Below the pieces are notes generated by a model. It had not been told where the DNA came from. It saw only the letters and a program-made list of their open reading frames with translations, and did no database searches. This document shows positions 38,176 through 48,928 of a stretch of DNA of 49,086 nucleotides, piece after piece. A program made the translations under genes and the position numbers. How positions within the stretch are numbered: position 1 is the stretch's first letter; every line of letters begins with the position of its first letter. Where the stretch lies: positions 1-49,086 of the forward strand of contig JASBSE010000140.1 in assembly GCA_030149115.1 (NCBI GenBank), in the 5' to 3' direction. This DNA comes from Winogradskyella sp. GTDB lineage: Bacteria; Bacteroidota; Bacteroidia; Flavobacteriales; Flavobacteriaceae.

Positions 38176-39450
38176 ATGAAAAAGAAATTGCTTGTTTTTG
38201 TGATGACCATACTATTGGTACACTTTAATGTTTCTGCACAAGAGACATTTAAGGTTATGTTCTATAATTTATTGAATTATCCACTAGAAGATGCCGTACC
38301 AGGACGCGAACAAGATTTAGCTTTTATTTTAGCAGATTACCAACCAGATTTATTTTTAGTTTGTGAACTAAATAATATCACAGGAGCTAATAACGTTCTA
38401 AATATTACCAGAACTGCTATTAATCCAAACTTTGAAATGGCTACTTACGTTTCTAACACATCTGATGATATCTTTGGTGACCAAAATGATCTTCAGAATT
38501 TACTTTATTACAACAGTTCAAAGTTCAGTATTCAAGAAGAAGTTATTGTACCTACAGATTTAAGAGATTTTAACGTATATAAGATAAGATTAAACACTAC
38601 AGACCAAGATACAAACCCTGTTGATGCATATATTATAGTTTGCCACTTAAAAGCTTCTAGTGGTACTGTAAATGCTCAAAGGAGATTTGAGATGGTTACA
38701 GAATTAGTTGCCTATTTAGATACTTTGCCAACAGATGCCAATGTGCTTTTAGGTGGCGATCTTAATCTTTATACTGCTTCAGAAGCTGCATTTCAAGAGC
38801 TTTTAAGCCCTAATAACAATATTACTTTTGTGGATCCTCCAAACCGTGTTGGAAGTTGGAGTAATAACACCAATTATATAGACGTATTTACACAATCTAC
38901 CAGAACTCAGACAGGATTAGGTGGTACCACAGGAGGTTTTGATGATCGCTTTGATTTTATTTTAACTTCTGAAAACATGCTTGACTCTGCCGACATTACC
39001 TATGTTTCAGATTCTTTTCAAGTTTATGGAAACAATGGTTTAACAACTTGTTATAATAGTGCAATAAACTCTGCGAATTGCGGAAGTAGTAATTCAGAAT
39101 TTTCATTTGAAATTAGGGATGCACTACACAATTTTAGCGACCATTTACCTGTAACACTTTCACTCGAAGCTGATGTTACACTTTCTAATAACAATGATTT
39201 TGAAACTACACAAAAAATAGTCTTAGAAAAAACTTTAATTAACTCAAATTTAATTGTTTACATAAATTCACCTGAATATTTAAATCAATCAATAAATATT
39301 TATAATCAACTTGGTCAGTTAGTCGAGGTTTTTCAAACTAATTCTAACCAAATACAAACTTTCAATATTAATAATCTTAGTAACGGTATTTACTTTATAG
39401 GATTTTCAGAATTTAATACAAGACCTTTAAAATTTATTGTTTCGCATTGA
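38176..39450 (+). CDS. Secreted EEP-family nuclease/phosphatase with T9SS type-A CTD
   Basis: Signal peptide; YNLLN, HLKA, GGDLN, FDFI and SDHLPV; C-terminal IYNQLGQLV...LSNGIYF...KFIV. Confidence 0.88.
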   Translation: MKKKLLVFVMTILLVHFNVSAQETFKVMFYNLLNYPLEDAVPGREQDLAFILADYQPDLFLVCELNNITGANNVLNITRTAINPNFEMATYVSNTSDDIFGDQNDLQNLLYYNSSKFSIQEEVIVPTDLRDFNVYKIRLNTTDQDTNPVDAYIIVCHLKASSGTVNAQRRFEMVTELVAYLDTLPTDANVLLGGDLNLYTASEAAFQELLSPNNNITFVDPPNRVGSWSNNTNYIDVFTQSTRTQTGLGGTTGGFDDRFDFILTSENMLDSADITYVSDSFQVYGNNGLTTCYNSAINSANCGSSNSEFSFEIRDALHNFSDHLPVTLSLEADVTLSNNNDFETTQKIVLEKTLINSNLIVYINSPEYLNQSINIYNQLGQLVEVFQTNSNQIQTFNINNLSNGIYFIGFSEFNTRPLKFIVSH

Positions 39451-42293
39451 TAAAAAGATTCCTCATATCATACGTATTTTTTCTGTTCTGCTCGTCAATT
39501 TATGGGCAAAGTTACATTGATGTAAATGCAGATGTGGATGTAGAAACAAAGACAATTACTATATCGCAAAACATTATTTACAAGAACGAAACTGATGATA
39601 GTATTAAAGAAATATTTTTACATGATTGGAACAACAGCTATTCCTCTAAGTCTACACCATTGGCTAAACGATTTGAAGAAGAATTTAGTACTAAGTTCCA
39701 TCTTGCAAAAAGTGAACAACGTGGATTTACACTAATAACAAACATTACCGATAACAGAGATAATTCAAACCTTAATTTTGAGCATTTAGAAAAACATCCT
39801 GATGTTTTAAAAGTTAATCTGTTAGAACCCCTTATACCAGGAGAATCATATAACATAAATCTAAGTTATATTTTAGTGTTGCCAGATGCTACGTTCACAG
39901 ATTATGGTATTACCAAAAACAGAGATTTTGAATTAAAATACTGGTATATTACACCAGCCGTATACGATGGACAATGGCATTATTACAGCAATAAAAATCT
40001 TGATGACCTTTTTGTTCCTAAGTCAGATATAAAAATTACGATTGAGCACCCTATAAATTACAGACCTACATCAGAGTTAGATCTTTTATCGGCCGACCCA
40101 AACAAAGACACAAAAAGACAAACTACAGTATATTTTGGTAAAGACCGAACAGATACCTACTTAGCACTTCAAAAATTCCCATTGTTTCGTTCAGTGCAGA
40201 CCGATGACTTAATTGCAGTATCTAATATAAATGAAAGAGGTTTACCAGGTCCAGACAAGGCCATACTTACGGATAAAATCGCTAAGTTTCTTATTGAAAA
40301 CCTAGGAGAATATCCGCACAAAAGACTATTGGTTTCTAGAATAGATTATAATAAAAATCCATTATATGGTCTTAACCAATTGCCAGATTTTTTAAGACCA
40401 TTTCCAGACCAATTTCAATACGAATTAAAGCTGTTAAAAACTGCTTTAAAAAAATATATAGACAATATACTGCTTTTAAACCCTAGGAAAGAACATTGGC
40501 TGTCTGAAGGACTTCAAATTTATTTCATGATAAAGTATGTTGAAGAATACTATCCTGATATGAGATTATTAGGAACTTTAGCTAATGTTTGGGGAATTAG
40601 AGCTTTTCATGCAGCAGATGTAAATTTCAACTTTCAGTATTTCCTTTATTCCATGGAAATTGCGAGAAAAAATAGAGATCAGCCTTTAACTACATCGAAA
40701 GATTCTTTGATAAAATTTAATGCCAATATAGCTGGAAAGTATAAGGCTGGTGTAGGTCTTAATTATTTAGATAAATTTACTGATGATATAGATTTATCTG
40801 AAACAATTACAGAGTTTTTAAAACAAAACAAACTGAATCAAAACACTGAAATTTCTGATTTTAAAGCCTTTCTAAATTCAAAAACTTCAAAAAATATAGA
40901 TTGGTTTTTTACAGATTATGTAGGAACCCGAAAAAAGATAGATTTTAAAATTAAAAGTATTGAAACCACTGAAGATTCTATAAAAGTTACTGTAAAAAAT
41001 AAACGTAACAATAAGATGCCTATTTCTTTGTACAGTATTACCGATGACTCAGTAATTGGCAAACAATGGGTAGAAAACATCAAAGGAACGAAAACGATAA
41101 ACCTAGCAAAAGACCAAACTGATAAGTTTGTTTTGGATTACAATAATGTAATACCAGAGTTTAATCAAAGAGATAATTATAAGTCTGTTAATGGTTCTTT
41201 CATAAACAACAAACCTCTTCAGTTTAGATTATTCAAGGATATTGAAGACCCTTATTATAATCAAGTATTTTTTATGCCCTTGGTTGAGTTCAATAACATC
41301 TATGATGGTTTAACACTAGGAACTAAAATCTACAATAAGACTATACTGAGAAAACGACTTAACTATAGGTTTTCACCTCAATATGCCACCAAATCTAAAT
41401 CTTTAACTGGCTCTACCTCTGTTTTTTATACTCATAATATAGAAAACAAAAACTTATATGACATTACTTACGGTGTAGTTGCAGGTTACCAATCCTTTGC
41501 TGAAGACGCATTTTTTACAAGAATACGCCCAACATTGTCATTTAGCTTTAGAAATGATGATGATTTTAGGGCAGACCAAATTGACAATATTACAGCTAGA
41601 TTTGTAAGTATCAATAGAGATGTTGGTGAAAATGCTATTGTTGAAATAAATGAACCTGATTATAATGTGTTTAACTTAAGATATACGCACTATAATCCTG
41701 GTAGAATTAACTTCTCTAGCTTTAGTACAGATTTACAACTGGCCAACAATTTCAGTAAACTTTCTATGAGTTATGAGTTTAGAAAGTTAACTCAAAGCAA
41801 TAGAAATATTAATCTTAGACTATTTGCTGGTATATTTCTTAATAATGACACTGACCCAAGCTCAGACTTTTTTAGTTTTGGTTTAGACCGACCTACAGAT
41901 TATTTATTTGATCTTAACTATTTAGGGCGTTCTGAAGCTGCAGGGTTATTTAGTCAGCAACTTATCATTGCCGATGGTGGTTTTAAGTCTATGCTAGAAA
42001 CTCCATTTGCTAACCAATGGATGACAACTGCGAACTTTAGCACATCAATATGGAGATATATTCAAGCATATGGAGATATTGGGTTGGTTAAAAATAAATT
42101 TGACAGCGCTAATTTTGTGTATGATTCTGGAGTAAGACTCAACTTAGTAGAAGACTATTTTGAACTGTACTTCCCTGTTTATTCTAACCTTGGGTGGGAA
42201 ATTGCAGAACCAAATTATGGCGAACGAATTCGTTTTATTATCACTGTAGATCCTCAAGTACTCCTAGGTCTATTTAGACGCAAATGGTATTAG
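39447..42293 (+). CDS. M1/gluzincin-like protein lacking HExxH, with beta-rich C-terminal domain
   Basis: Y.N.....L..I.L.DW N-terminus, WLSEG and YK motifs; no HExxH at the expected position; TTG start overlaps the upstream stop. Confidence 0.75.
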   Translation: MIKRFLISYVFFLFCSSIYGQSYIDVNADVDVETKTITISQNIIYKNETDDSIKEIFLHDWNNSYSSKSTPLAKRFEEEFSTKFHLAKSEQRGFTLITNITDNRDNSNLNFEHLEKHPDVLKVNLLEPLIPGESYNINLSYILVLPDATFTDYGITKNRDFELKYWYITPAVYDGQWHYYSNKNLDDLFVPKSDIKITIEHPINYRPTSELDLLSADPNKDTKRQTTVYFGKDRTDTYLALQKFPLFRSVQTDDLIAVSNINERGLPGPDKAILTDKIAKFLIENLGEYPHKRLLVSRIDYNKNPLYGLNQLPDFLRPFPDQFQYELKLLKTALKKYIDNILLLNPRKEHWLSEGLQIYFMIKYVEEYYPDMRLLGTLANVWGIRAFHAADVNFNFQYFLYSMEIARKNRDQPLTTSKDSLIKFNANIAGKYKAGVGLNYLDKFTDDIDLSETITEFLKQNKLNQNTEISDFKAFLNSKTSKNIDWFFTDYVGTRKKIDFKIKSIETTEDSIKVTVKNKRNNKMPISLYSITDDSVIGKQWVENIKGTKTINLAKDQTDKFVLDYNNVIPEFNQRDNYKSVNGSFINNKPLQFRLFKDIEDPYYNQVFFMPLVEFNNIYDGLTLGTKIYNKTILRKRLNYRFSPQYATKSKSLTGSTSVFYTHNIENKNLYDITYGVVAGYQSFAEDAFFTRIRPTLSFSFRNDDDFRADQIDNITARFVSINRDVGENAIVEINEPDYNVFNLRYTHYNPGRINFSSFSTDLQLANNFSKLSMSYEFRKLTQSNRNINLRLFAGIFLNNDTDPSSDFFSFGLDRPTDYLFDLNYLGRSEAAGLFSQQLIIADGGFKSMLETPFANQWMTTANFSTSIWRYIQAYGDIGLVKNKFDSANFVYDSGVRLNLVEDYFELYFPVYSNLGWEIAEPNYGERIRFIITVDPQVLLGLFRRKWY

Positions 42294-42439
42294 CATATTC
42301 TTACTTAAATGTTAATTTTTTGGTTTTTTTTAATTAAAACACAAATAAAAAATACTTTTATTGAGAATTCCTTAAAATTAACATTGTTTTCGCTATTGCA
42401 GAAAAGGTGTATATTTAGTACATTTGTAGCACCAATATA

Positions 42440-44860
42440 ATGACCAATATGAAAACAAATCCCAATACAAAAACAGAAATTACGTTCGAAGATTTTAAAG
42501 CAGAAGTAATCAATGATTATAAGTTAGCTGTTACAAGTAGAGAATGTAGTTTGCTTGGTCGTAGAGAGGTTTTAACTGGCAAAGCCAAATTTGGGATTTT
42601 TGGTGATGGTAAAGAAATACCGCAAATTGCCTGGGCAAAAGCTTTTGAAAATGGCGATTTTAGATCAGGTTATTATAGAGACCAAACCTTTATGATGGCT
42701 ATTGGAGAATTAACCATAGAGCAATTCTTTGCAGGTTTATATGCAAATACAGATTTAAAAGAAGAGCCAATGTCTGCTGGTCGTCAAATGGGAGGACACT
42801 TTGCTACGCACAGCTTAGATGAAAATGGAAATTGGAAGAATTTAACCGAACAGAAAAACTCTAGTGCAGACATCTCACCTACTGCTGGCCAGATGCCAAG
42901 ATTACTTGGTTTAGCTCAAGCTTCAAAAATTTACAGAAATGTTGAAGGCATTGACACCACCAACTTTTCTAAAAATGGAGATGAAATTGCTTGGGGAACT
43001 ATTGGAAATGCTAGTACGAGCGAAGGTTTATTTTTTGAAACCATTAATGCTGCAGGTGTTTTACAAGTACCTATGGTCATTAGTATTTGGGATGATGAAT
43101 ATGGTATTTCTGTACATGCCAAACACCAAACTACAAAAGAAAATATCTCTGAAATCTTAAAAGGTTTTCAACGTGAAGATGATACTAACGGTTACGAGAT
43201 CTTTAGAGTAAACGGTTGGAACTATGCCGAGTTGATAGACACCTATCAACGTGCTGCAAAAGTTGCTAGAAAAGAGCACGTTCCGGTAATGATTCATGTT
43301 CAAGAATTAACGCAGCCACAAGGACACTCTACTTCTGGTTCTCACGAACGTTACAAAAATGAAGAACGTTTAGCATGGGAAGCCGAATACGATTGTAATG
43401 CACAAATGCGTCAATGGATGATTGACAACAACATCGCTACTGACGAAGAGTTAATTACTCTAGAAAAAGACATTAAAAAAGCTGTAAGAGATGGCAAAAA
43501 AGCGGCTTGGGCTTCATTTATAAACCCGATAAAATCGGAAAAACAAGAAGCTTTATCATTAATAGAAAATGTAGCCAACACAAGCTCTAATAGTGTTTTT
43601 ATCACTAAATTAAAAAATGATTTAGAAGCTATAGATGAACCTCTAAGAAAAGACATATTATCATCAGCTCGTAAAACCTTACGCTATGTTATTTCTGAGG
43701 ACTCTAATGAAAAGCTAGCACTTCAAAATTGGATTAATAGTTATATCGAAAAAATCCAACCTAAGTATAGTTCTCACTTATATAGCGAATCTAAACTTAA
43801 AGCTGAATATCAATCTGAAATTCTACCAACATACAGTAACGATGCTACAGAAGTTGATGGACGTGTAATTTTAAGAGATAATTTTGAAGCTGTTTTCAAT
43901 AAATACCCAGAAGCTTTAGTTTTTGGAGAAGACGCAGGACACATTGGTGATGTTAACCAAGGTCTAGAAGGCTTACAAGAAAAATTTGGTGAGCTTAGAG
44001 TTTCTGATACTGGAATTAGAGAAGCAACCATTTTAGGACAAGGCATTGGTATGGCTATGAGAGGTCTAAGACCAATCGCTGAGATTCAATATTTAGATTA
44101 CATCCTTTATGCATTGCAGATAATGAGTGACGACTTGGCAACCGTACAATACCGTACAAAAGGACGCCAAAAAGCACCATTAATTGTTAGAACTCGTGGT
44201 CATAGACTAGAAGGTATTTGGCACTCTGGCTCTCAAATGGGCGGCATTCTTAACCTCATTAGAGGAATCCATGTTTTGGTACCTCGTAATATGACAAAGG
44301 CTGCAGGATTTTACAATACGCTTTTAGAAAGTGATGAACCAGCATTAATTGTAGAATGTTTAAATGGCTACCGCTTAAAAGAAAAAATGCCAAACAACAT
44401 AGGCGAGTTTAAAACACCTATCGGAGTTGTAGAAACCATTAAAGAAGGTGAAGACATTACTTTGGTGTCTTACGGATCTACACTACGATTAGTAGAGCAA
44501 GCTGCTAAGGAATTATTAGAAGTTGGAATTGATGCAGAAATCATTGATGTGCAATCCTTATTACCTTTTGATTTAAACCATGATATCGTAAAAAGCGTAG
44601 CCAAAACAAATCGTGTTATGGTTATAGACGAAGACGTCAAAGGTGGTGCTTCAGCATATATTCTAGATCAAATATTAAATGAGCAAAATGCATTTCAATA
44701 TTTAGACAGCCAACCAAAAACTTTAGCTGCTAAACCTCACAGACCAGCTTACGGCACAGATGGAGATTACTTCTCCAAACCTTCTGTAGAAGATGTTTTT
44801 GAAGCTGTTTATGATGTAATGCACGAGGTAAGCCCTTCAGATTATCCTAAATTGAGATAA
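42440..44860 (+). CDS. 2-oxoacid (probably branched-chain) dehydrogenase E1, fused alpha/beta subunits
   Basis: SGYYRD, GNASTSEG, GHSTS in the alpha part; FGED, IRE..I.G and AEIQ in the beta part; TACATTTG promoter element at 42419-42426; start may be 42449. Confidence 0.92.
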   Translation: MTNMKTNPNTKTEITFEDFKAEVINDYKLAVTSRECSLLGRREVLTGKAKFGIFGDGKEIPQIAWAKAFENGDFRSGYYRDQTFMMAIGELTIEQFFAGLYANTDLKEEPMSAGRQMGGHFATHSLDENGNWKNLTEQKNSSADISPTAGQMPRLLGLAQASKIYRNVEGIDTTNFSKNGDEIAWGTIGNASTSEGLFFETINAAGVLQVPMVISIWDDEYGISVHAKHQTTKENISEILKGFQREDDTNGYEIFRVNGWNYAELIDTYQRAAKVARKEHVPVMIHVQELTQPQGHSTSGSHERYKNEERLAWEAEYDCNAQMRQWMIDNNIATDEELITLEKDIKKAVRDGKKAAWASFINPIKSEKQEALSLIENVANTSSNSVFITKLKNDLEAIDEPLRKDILSSARKTLRYVISEDSNEKLALQNWINSYIEKIQPKYSSHLYSESKLKAEYQSEILPTYSNDATEVDGRVILRDNFEAVFNKYPEALVFGEDAGHIGDVNQGLEGLQEKFGELRVSDTGIREATILGQGIGMAMRGLRPIAEIQYLDYILYALQIMSDDLATVQYRTKGRQKAPLIVRTRGHRLEGIWHSGSQMGGILNLIRGIHVLVPRNMTKAAGFYNTLLESDEPALIVECLNGYRLKEKMPNNIGEFKTPIGVVETIKEGEDITLVSYGSTLRLVEQAAKELLEVGIDAEIIDVQSLLPFDLNHDIVKSVAKTNRVMVIDEDVKGGASAYILDQILNEQNAFQYLDSQPKTLAAKPHRPAYGTDGDYFSKPSVEDVFEAVYDVMHEVSPSDYPKLR

Positions 44861-44885
44861 GACATTTAAGAATATTATCATATCG

Positions 44886-44914
44886 AAAACCATCATTTTT
44901 ATGATGGTTTTTTT
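44886..44914 (+). terminator. Rho-independent terminator
   Basis: AAAACCATCAT-tttt-ATGATGGTTTT followed by a T-run. Confidence 0.8.
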
Positions 44915-44939
44915 ATATTTAAGTACTAATACTTCCTTC

Positions 44940-46550
44940 ATGCTTACAAAGTCAGACAAATCTCAACTAAGAGGCATCATTTTTCGTCATTTAGATGGCA
45001 TTGCTACCGCAACTTCAGCATTTGCGTTACACAAGAAACAAGTTTTAGACTATATTCTTGAAAAAAAGAGTATTACTGTAAAAGCACTCTCTGATATATT
45101 TGAAGCCAATGAAGGTTACCTCAATGTAGCACTTAGAGTCTTATGTTCTCAAGGGTGGCTAAACCAAGACATTGACAACAAAAACAATACAATAATCTAC
45201 GCTGTCAATGAAAAGTCTGAAGCGGCTTTCCATTTGGTACATCTTTATGAAGATGTGGTAAACCTATTGCGTTATTCCGATAGATTTGCAACCGAAAAAA
45301 TGATAAGTACAGATGCGTTTATTGCTTTAGAACGCATTTTTAAAAAATTTGAAGCCAATTTTGGTTTAGATATTTCAGATGAAAATTCTATTGAATATCA
45401 AATCTACAAACATATAGAAGGAGTTATTGCAGGCCCAATCATTGTGCTATTGGGCGTCAATGGTTTGTTTCATAAATACTTTATGGAAGCGTCCTTCACG
45501 GCAGAAGAATATCATAAAGATCCTGAAAGCTTTAAAAAAATCCTCGATTTCTTTGCCCATTTAGGATGGTTCAAAAAGAAACGGGACACTTATCAATTTA
45601 CAGATAAAGGTCTCTTTTTCGCCAAGCGTGCCAGTGCCTATGGTGTAACGGTGTCCTATTTACCAACTTTTATACAACTAGATGAGCTTATTTTTGGTAA
45701 TCCATTGGTGCTAAAAACCGAATCCCCTAACGATACCGAAAAGCATGTACATCGTGAAATGAATGTTTGGGGAAGTGGTGGTGCTCATACTACTTATTTT
45801 AAGGTCATTGATGAAGTTATTATTGATTTATTCAACAGACCAATAGACCTTCAACCCAAAGGTATTTTAGATATGGGCTGTGGTAATGGTGCATTCATTG
45901 AGCATATTTTTAATGTCATAGAACAACAAACACTTAGAGGGAAAATGCTAGATGACCATCCACTCTTTCTCGTTGGTGCAGATTTTAATAAGGCTGCCTT
46001 AAAAGTAACCAGAGCCAACCTTATTGCCGCAGATATTTGGGCAAAGGTCATTTGGGGAGATATTGGCAGACCAGATCTTTTAGCGTCTGACCTAAAAGAA
46101 GATTACAACATAGATTTACGAGATTTACTAAACGTGAGAACTTTTTTAGACCACAATCGTATTTGGGAAGCACCCAACAAAACATACGATTTTATAAGCG
46201 CATCTACAGGAGCTTATGCAAGTGCAGGGAATCGACTAAACAACAACGATGTTGAAGCCTCTTTACTAGAACATTTAACTAAGTGGAAACCTTACGTGGA
46301 TAAATTTGGCTTATTAATTATAGAATTACACACCATTAATCCTTCATTAGCTGCTAAAAATATTGGCAAAACTGCTGCCACTGCTTACGATGCCACACAT
46401 GGTTATAGCGACCAATATATTGTAGAAGTTAATGTGTTTAGAAATATTGCCGAAAAAGCAGGTTTAAAACCAGACGATAACCATTTTGCTAAATTTCCAG
46501 ATAGCGAATTAGCAACCGTAAGTATTAATCTATTAAAAGGAACCAATTAA
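44940..46550 (+). CDS. Class I SAM-dependent methyltransferase, AprA MT1-like, stand-alone
   Basis: LDMGCGNG motif I; GDIGRP, FLDHNR, IELH and HGYSDQY; start moved to 44940 because 44901 lies inside the terminator. Confidence 0.8.
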   Translation: MLTKSDKSQLRGIIFRHLDGIATATSAFALHKKQVLDYILEKKSITVKALSDIFEANEGYLNVALRVLCSQGWLNQDIDNKNNTIIYAVNEKSEAAFHLVHLYEDVVNLLRYSDRFATEKMISTDAFIALERIFKKFEANFGLDISDENSIEYQIYKHIEGVIAGPIIVLLGVNGLFHKYFMEASFTAEEYHKDPESFKKILDFFAHLGWFKKKRDTYQFTDKGLFFAKRASAYGVTVSYLPTFIQLDELIFGNPLVLKTESPNDTEKHVHREMNVWGSGGAHTTYFKVIDEVIIDLFNRPIDLQPKGILDMGCGNGAFIEHIFNVIEQQTLRGKMLDDHPLFLVGADFNKAALKVTRANLIAADIWAKVIWGDIGRPDLLASDLKEDYNIDLRDLLNVRTFLDHNRIWEAPNKTYDFISASTGAYASAGNRLNNNDVEASLLEHLTKWKPYVDKFGLLIIELHTINPSLAAKNIGKTAATAYDATHGYSDQYIVEVNVFRNIAEKAGLKPDDNHFAKFPDSELATVSINLLKGTN

Positions 46551-46823
46551 ATGCAAGACGCAACTAAAGACGAAAACAAACCGCTAATAACTCGCGATTG
46601 GCTTGCTATAGAGCGTACAAAGCTAGCAAACGAACGCACTTTTTTGGCTTATTTTAGAACATTCTTAGTAATCCTTGGTACTGGAGTTACTATTATAAAA
46701 CTCGAATTTTTTTCGGATTTAAAATCTTATGGCATCATTCTTATCGTTATATCTGCGTTTGTTCTGAGTATCGGAGTATACAGGCTATTCAGAGTTAAAC
46801 GAACAATAAGAAAGCATTATTAA
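46551..46823 (+). CDS. DUF202 membrane protein
   Basis: RD.LA.ERT.LANERTFLAYFRT motif; two TM helices. Confidence 0.92.
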   Translation: MQDATKDENKPLITRDWLAIERTKLANERTFLAYFRTFLVILGTGVTIIKLEFFSDLKSYGIILIVISAFVLSIGVYRLFRVKRTIRKHY

Positions 46824-46926
46824 TACTTATCTACAAATAATTTTAAGCACTTAAAACGTCTTACGGTACAATTGTTGTACTTTCGGATTTGCTTTTATAA
46901 CCCATTCAATATCAATAAAAACAACT

Positions 46927-48357
46927 ATGAAAAAAATTATCCTATCGCTACTTATCACCTTGCCAATATTGTGTTCTGCGCAAAAAATTAAAGTAAAAAA
47001 AGGCATCATCACTTTTGATAAAACTGAAGTCGCTAAAGTCAATGACGAGGTTAGAAACTTTTATAAATTCTATACACTAGAAGGAGAAAAAGCTTTCGAT
47101 GTAGAGTTCAAAGGCTTATCAGCGTCTAATCTCGAAGGGTTTCAATGGTTAGAAATGACTTCTGCAGATGGTAAGAAAACAGAAATCCCTTATGAAGTTT
47201 TAATGACTTCTTTTAGCGTAACAAAACTTATTATCAAACTTTTAAGCGACAAATACGAGCTCATAACTTCTAACGGAATAGATATGGCAAAAGTAAATGA
47301 ATTCTTTGCTGTAGAGCGCGAAAAACTAAGTGATAAATACACAAAAGCTGTTGTGTCTGCGAAAGCTGATGAAGCCGAGCGCCAAAAAACAATTGGTTTA
47401 TATAACCCTTTTGTAAAAGACGATGGTACTATTCTATTTGGAGGTTCTAGAGGTACAAAAATTGCTGGTAAAGTATCCTATTATCAAGATACCTATACTG
47501 TAAAAGACTTAGATGGCATAACTGTTGGTACTGCCAAAGGATGCTCTACATGTACAGATGTAGATGCAAAAACATATACAGATGAAGAGTTTAAATTCGA
47601 TTATGGCTCTCGCACCATGATGACTGGGCGTTTTTCAAGATCATTTGCTCAAATTTTTGTTGAAGAACTCTTAGGAAGAGGGTATCAATTGCAACACGAA
47701 GCCAAAGCTTATAAAGCAAGACTTCATAATGAACGTGTTAAAGTAGCCAAGGAAAATAGTATCAATTTATATGGTGTTGAAGGTACTGTAACAGACGAAG
47801 ATGGTACAACATACAAAGGAACGATTTATGCCATTTTTGAAAAATTGGAAATAGACCCTTCTAAGCAGCAAAGCGATTATGCCGAAATGAACTCAATAGA
47901 CAAATTCGGAAAGTTTGTGAGCATTACATATATGAATGACAAAAACAGAGAGCGTACCAAAAAATTTGCTGCAAGAAACAATGTGAAATTTTGTGCAAAT
48001 GATGATGGTACAGAAAAATGCTTTGTTGGTATGAAAACAAAAGGAAATGCACTACTAAAAATGTCTAATGCATCTAATCTTGGTTTTGACAACTCGTATT
48101 TTTATGAAGTCATTTATGAAAATAACGGACACATGGTCTTAAGTAAGCCTGGCGAAGAAGATACTCTTGTTTTAAAGTTTTCAGATAAAAAAGAAGGCTT
48201 TATGATAGACAACAGAAAAAACGAAAAAGTTTCTCAGAAACTAGCTAAATATATTTCAGACTGCAAAAGTTTAGCAGAGGATATTAAAAATGAAGAATTT
48301 GATCTAAGCAATCTCGATAATTTAAAGCAGATTGTTGATGAATACTGTAAAAACTAA
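46927..48357 (+). CDS. Hypothetical secreted protein
   Basis: 476 aa with a signal peptide; TACTTTCG promoter-like element at 46878. Confidence 0.85.
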   Translation: MKKIILSLLITLPILCSAQKIKVKKGIITFDKTEVAKVNDEVRNFYKFYTLEGEKAFDVEFKGLSASNLEGFQWLEMTSADGKKTEIPYEVLMTSFSVTKLIIKLLSDKYELITSNGIDMAKVNEFFAVEREKLSDKYTKAVVSAKADEAERQKTIGLYNPFVKDDGTILFGGSRGTKIAGKVSYYQDTYTVKDLDGITVGTAKGCSTCTDVDAKTYTDEEFKFDYGSRTMMTGRFSRSFAQIFVEELLGRGYQLQHEAKAYKARLHNERVKVAKENSINLYGVEGTVTDEDGTTYKGTIYAIFEKLEIDPSKQQSDYAEMNSIDKFGKFVSITYMNDKNRERTKKFAARNNVKFCANDDGTEKCFVGMKTKGNALLKMSNASNLGFDNSYFYEVIYENNGHMVLSKPGEEDTLVLKFSDKKEGFMIDNRKNEKVSQKLAKYISDCKSLAEDIKNEEFDLSNLDNLKQIVDEYCKN

Positions 48358-48398
48358 AGGCTTATTACGTGTTGTACGCAAGCTTAAAATCAAACTAT

Positions 48399-48836
48399 AT
48401 GATAAAAAGAGCTTTAATATTAACCTTAATTCTGAACTCAATAATTCTGATTGGAGTTCCTGCTGGACACGGTTACGGAATAATGATAATGTTTGAAGTT
48501 ATCAGTATTCCAATGCTAATCAAAAACGGATTTGACTTCCAGAAAGAATATCCTTTTGAAACCAGTCTGATTTTAATAGCTCTGATTTCCTTAATCGGGA
48601 AATTGATTTCAATTACATTATTATTTTCGAAAAATATTTTGAACAAACAGAAATGGATTTATATCGGACTGACTTCAATGTTGATTTCTTTCCTCATTGT
48701 CTGTTACGGAGCATGGAATTATGACAATTTCCTTTTTGCGATAACATTCGGAAGTGGCATACCTTTTTTAATGTATTTCGGTAGAGTTTTACATTTGATT
48801 GTTAAAGAGAAAAATAAAACGGAATTAGTAACGTAA
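48399..48836 (+). CDS. Hypothetical membrane protein, cassette-like
   Basis: About 4 TM helices; likely start 48399 (MIKRAL); bracketed by imperfect inverted repeats. Confidence 0.75.
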   Translation: MIKRALILTLILNSIILIGVPAGHGYGIMIMFEVISIPMLIKNGFDFQKEYPFETSLILIALISLIGKLISITLLFSKNILNKQKWIYIGLTSMLISFLIVCYGAWNYDNFLFAITFGSGIPFLMYFGRVLHLIVKEKNKTELVT

Positions 48837-48928
48837 TGACAAAAAGCCAGCGTACAGCAATTTACATCCCCAATTCTAAACTGAAAATTAAGGCTTATTA
48901 ACCCGTAACTGAAGGTTATCCGAGCCGG

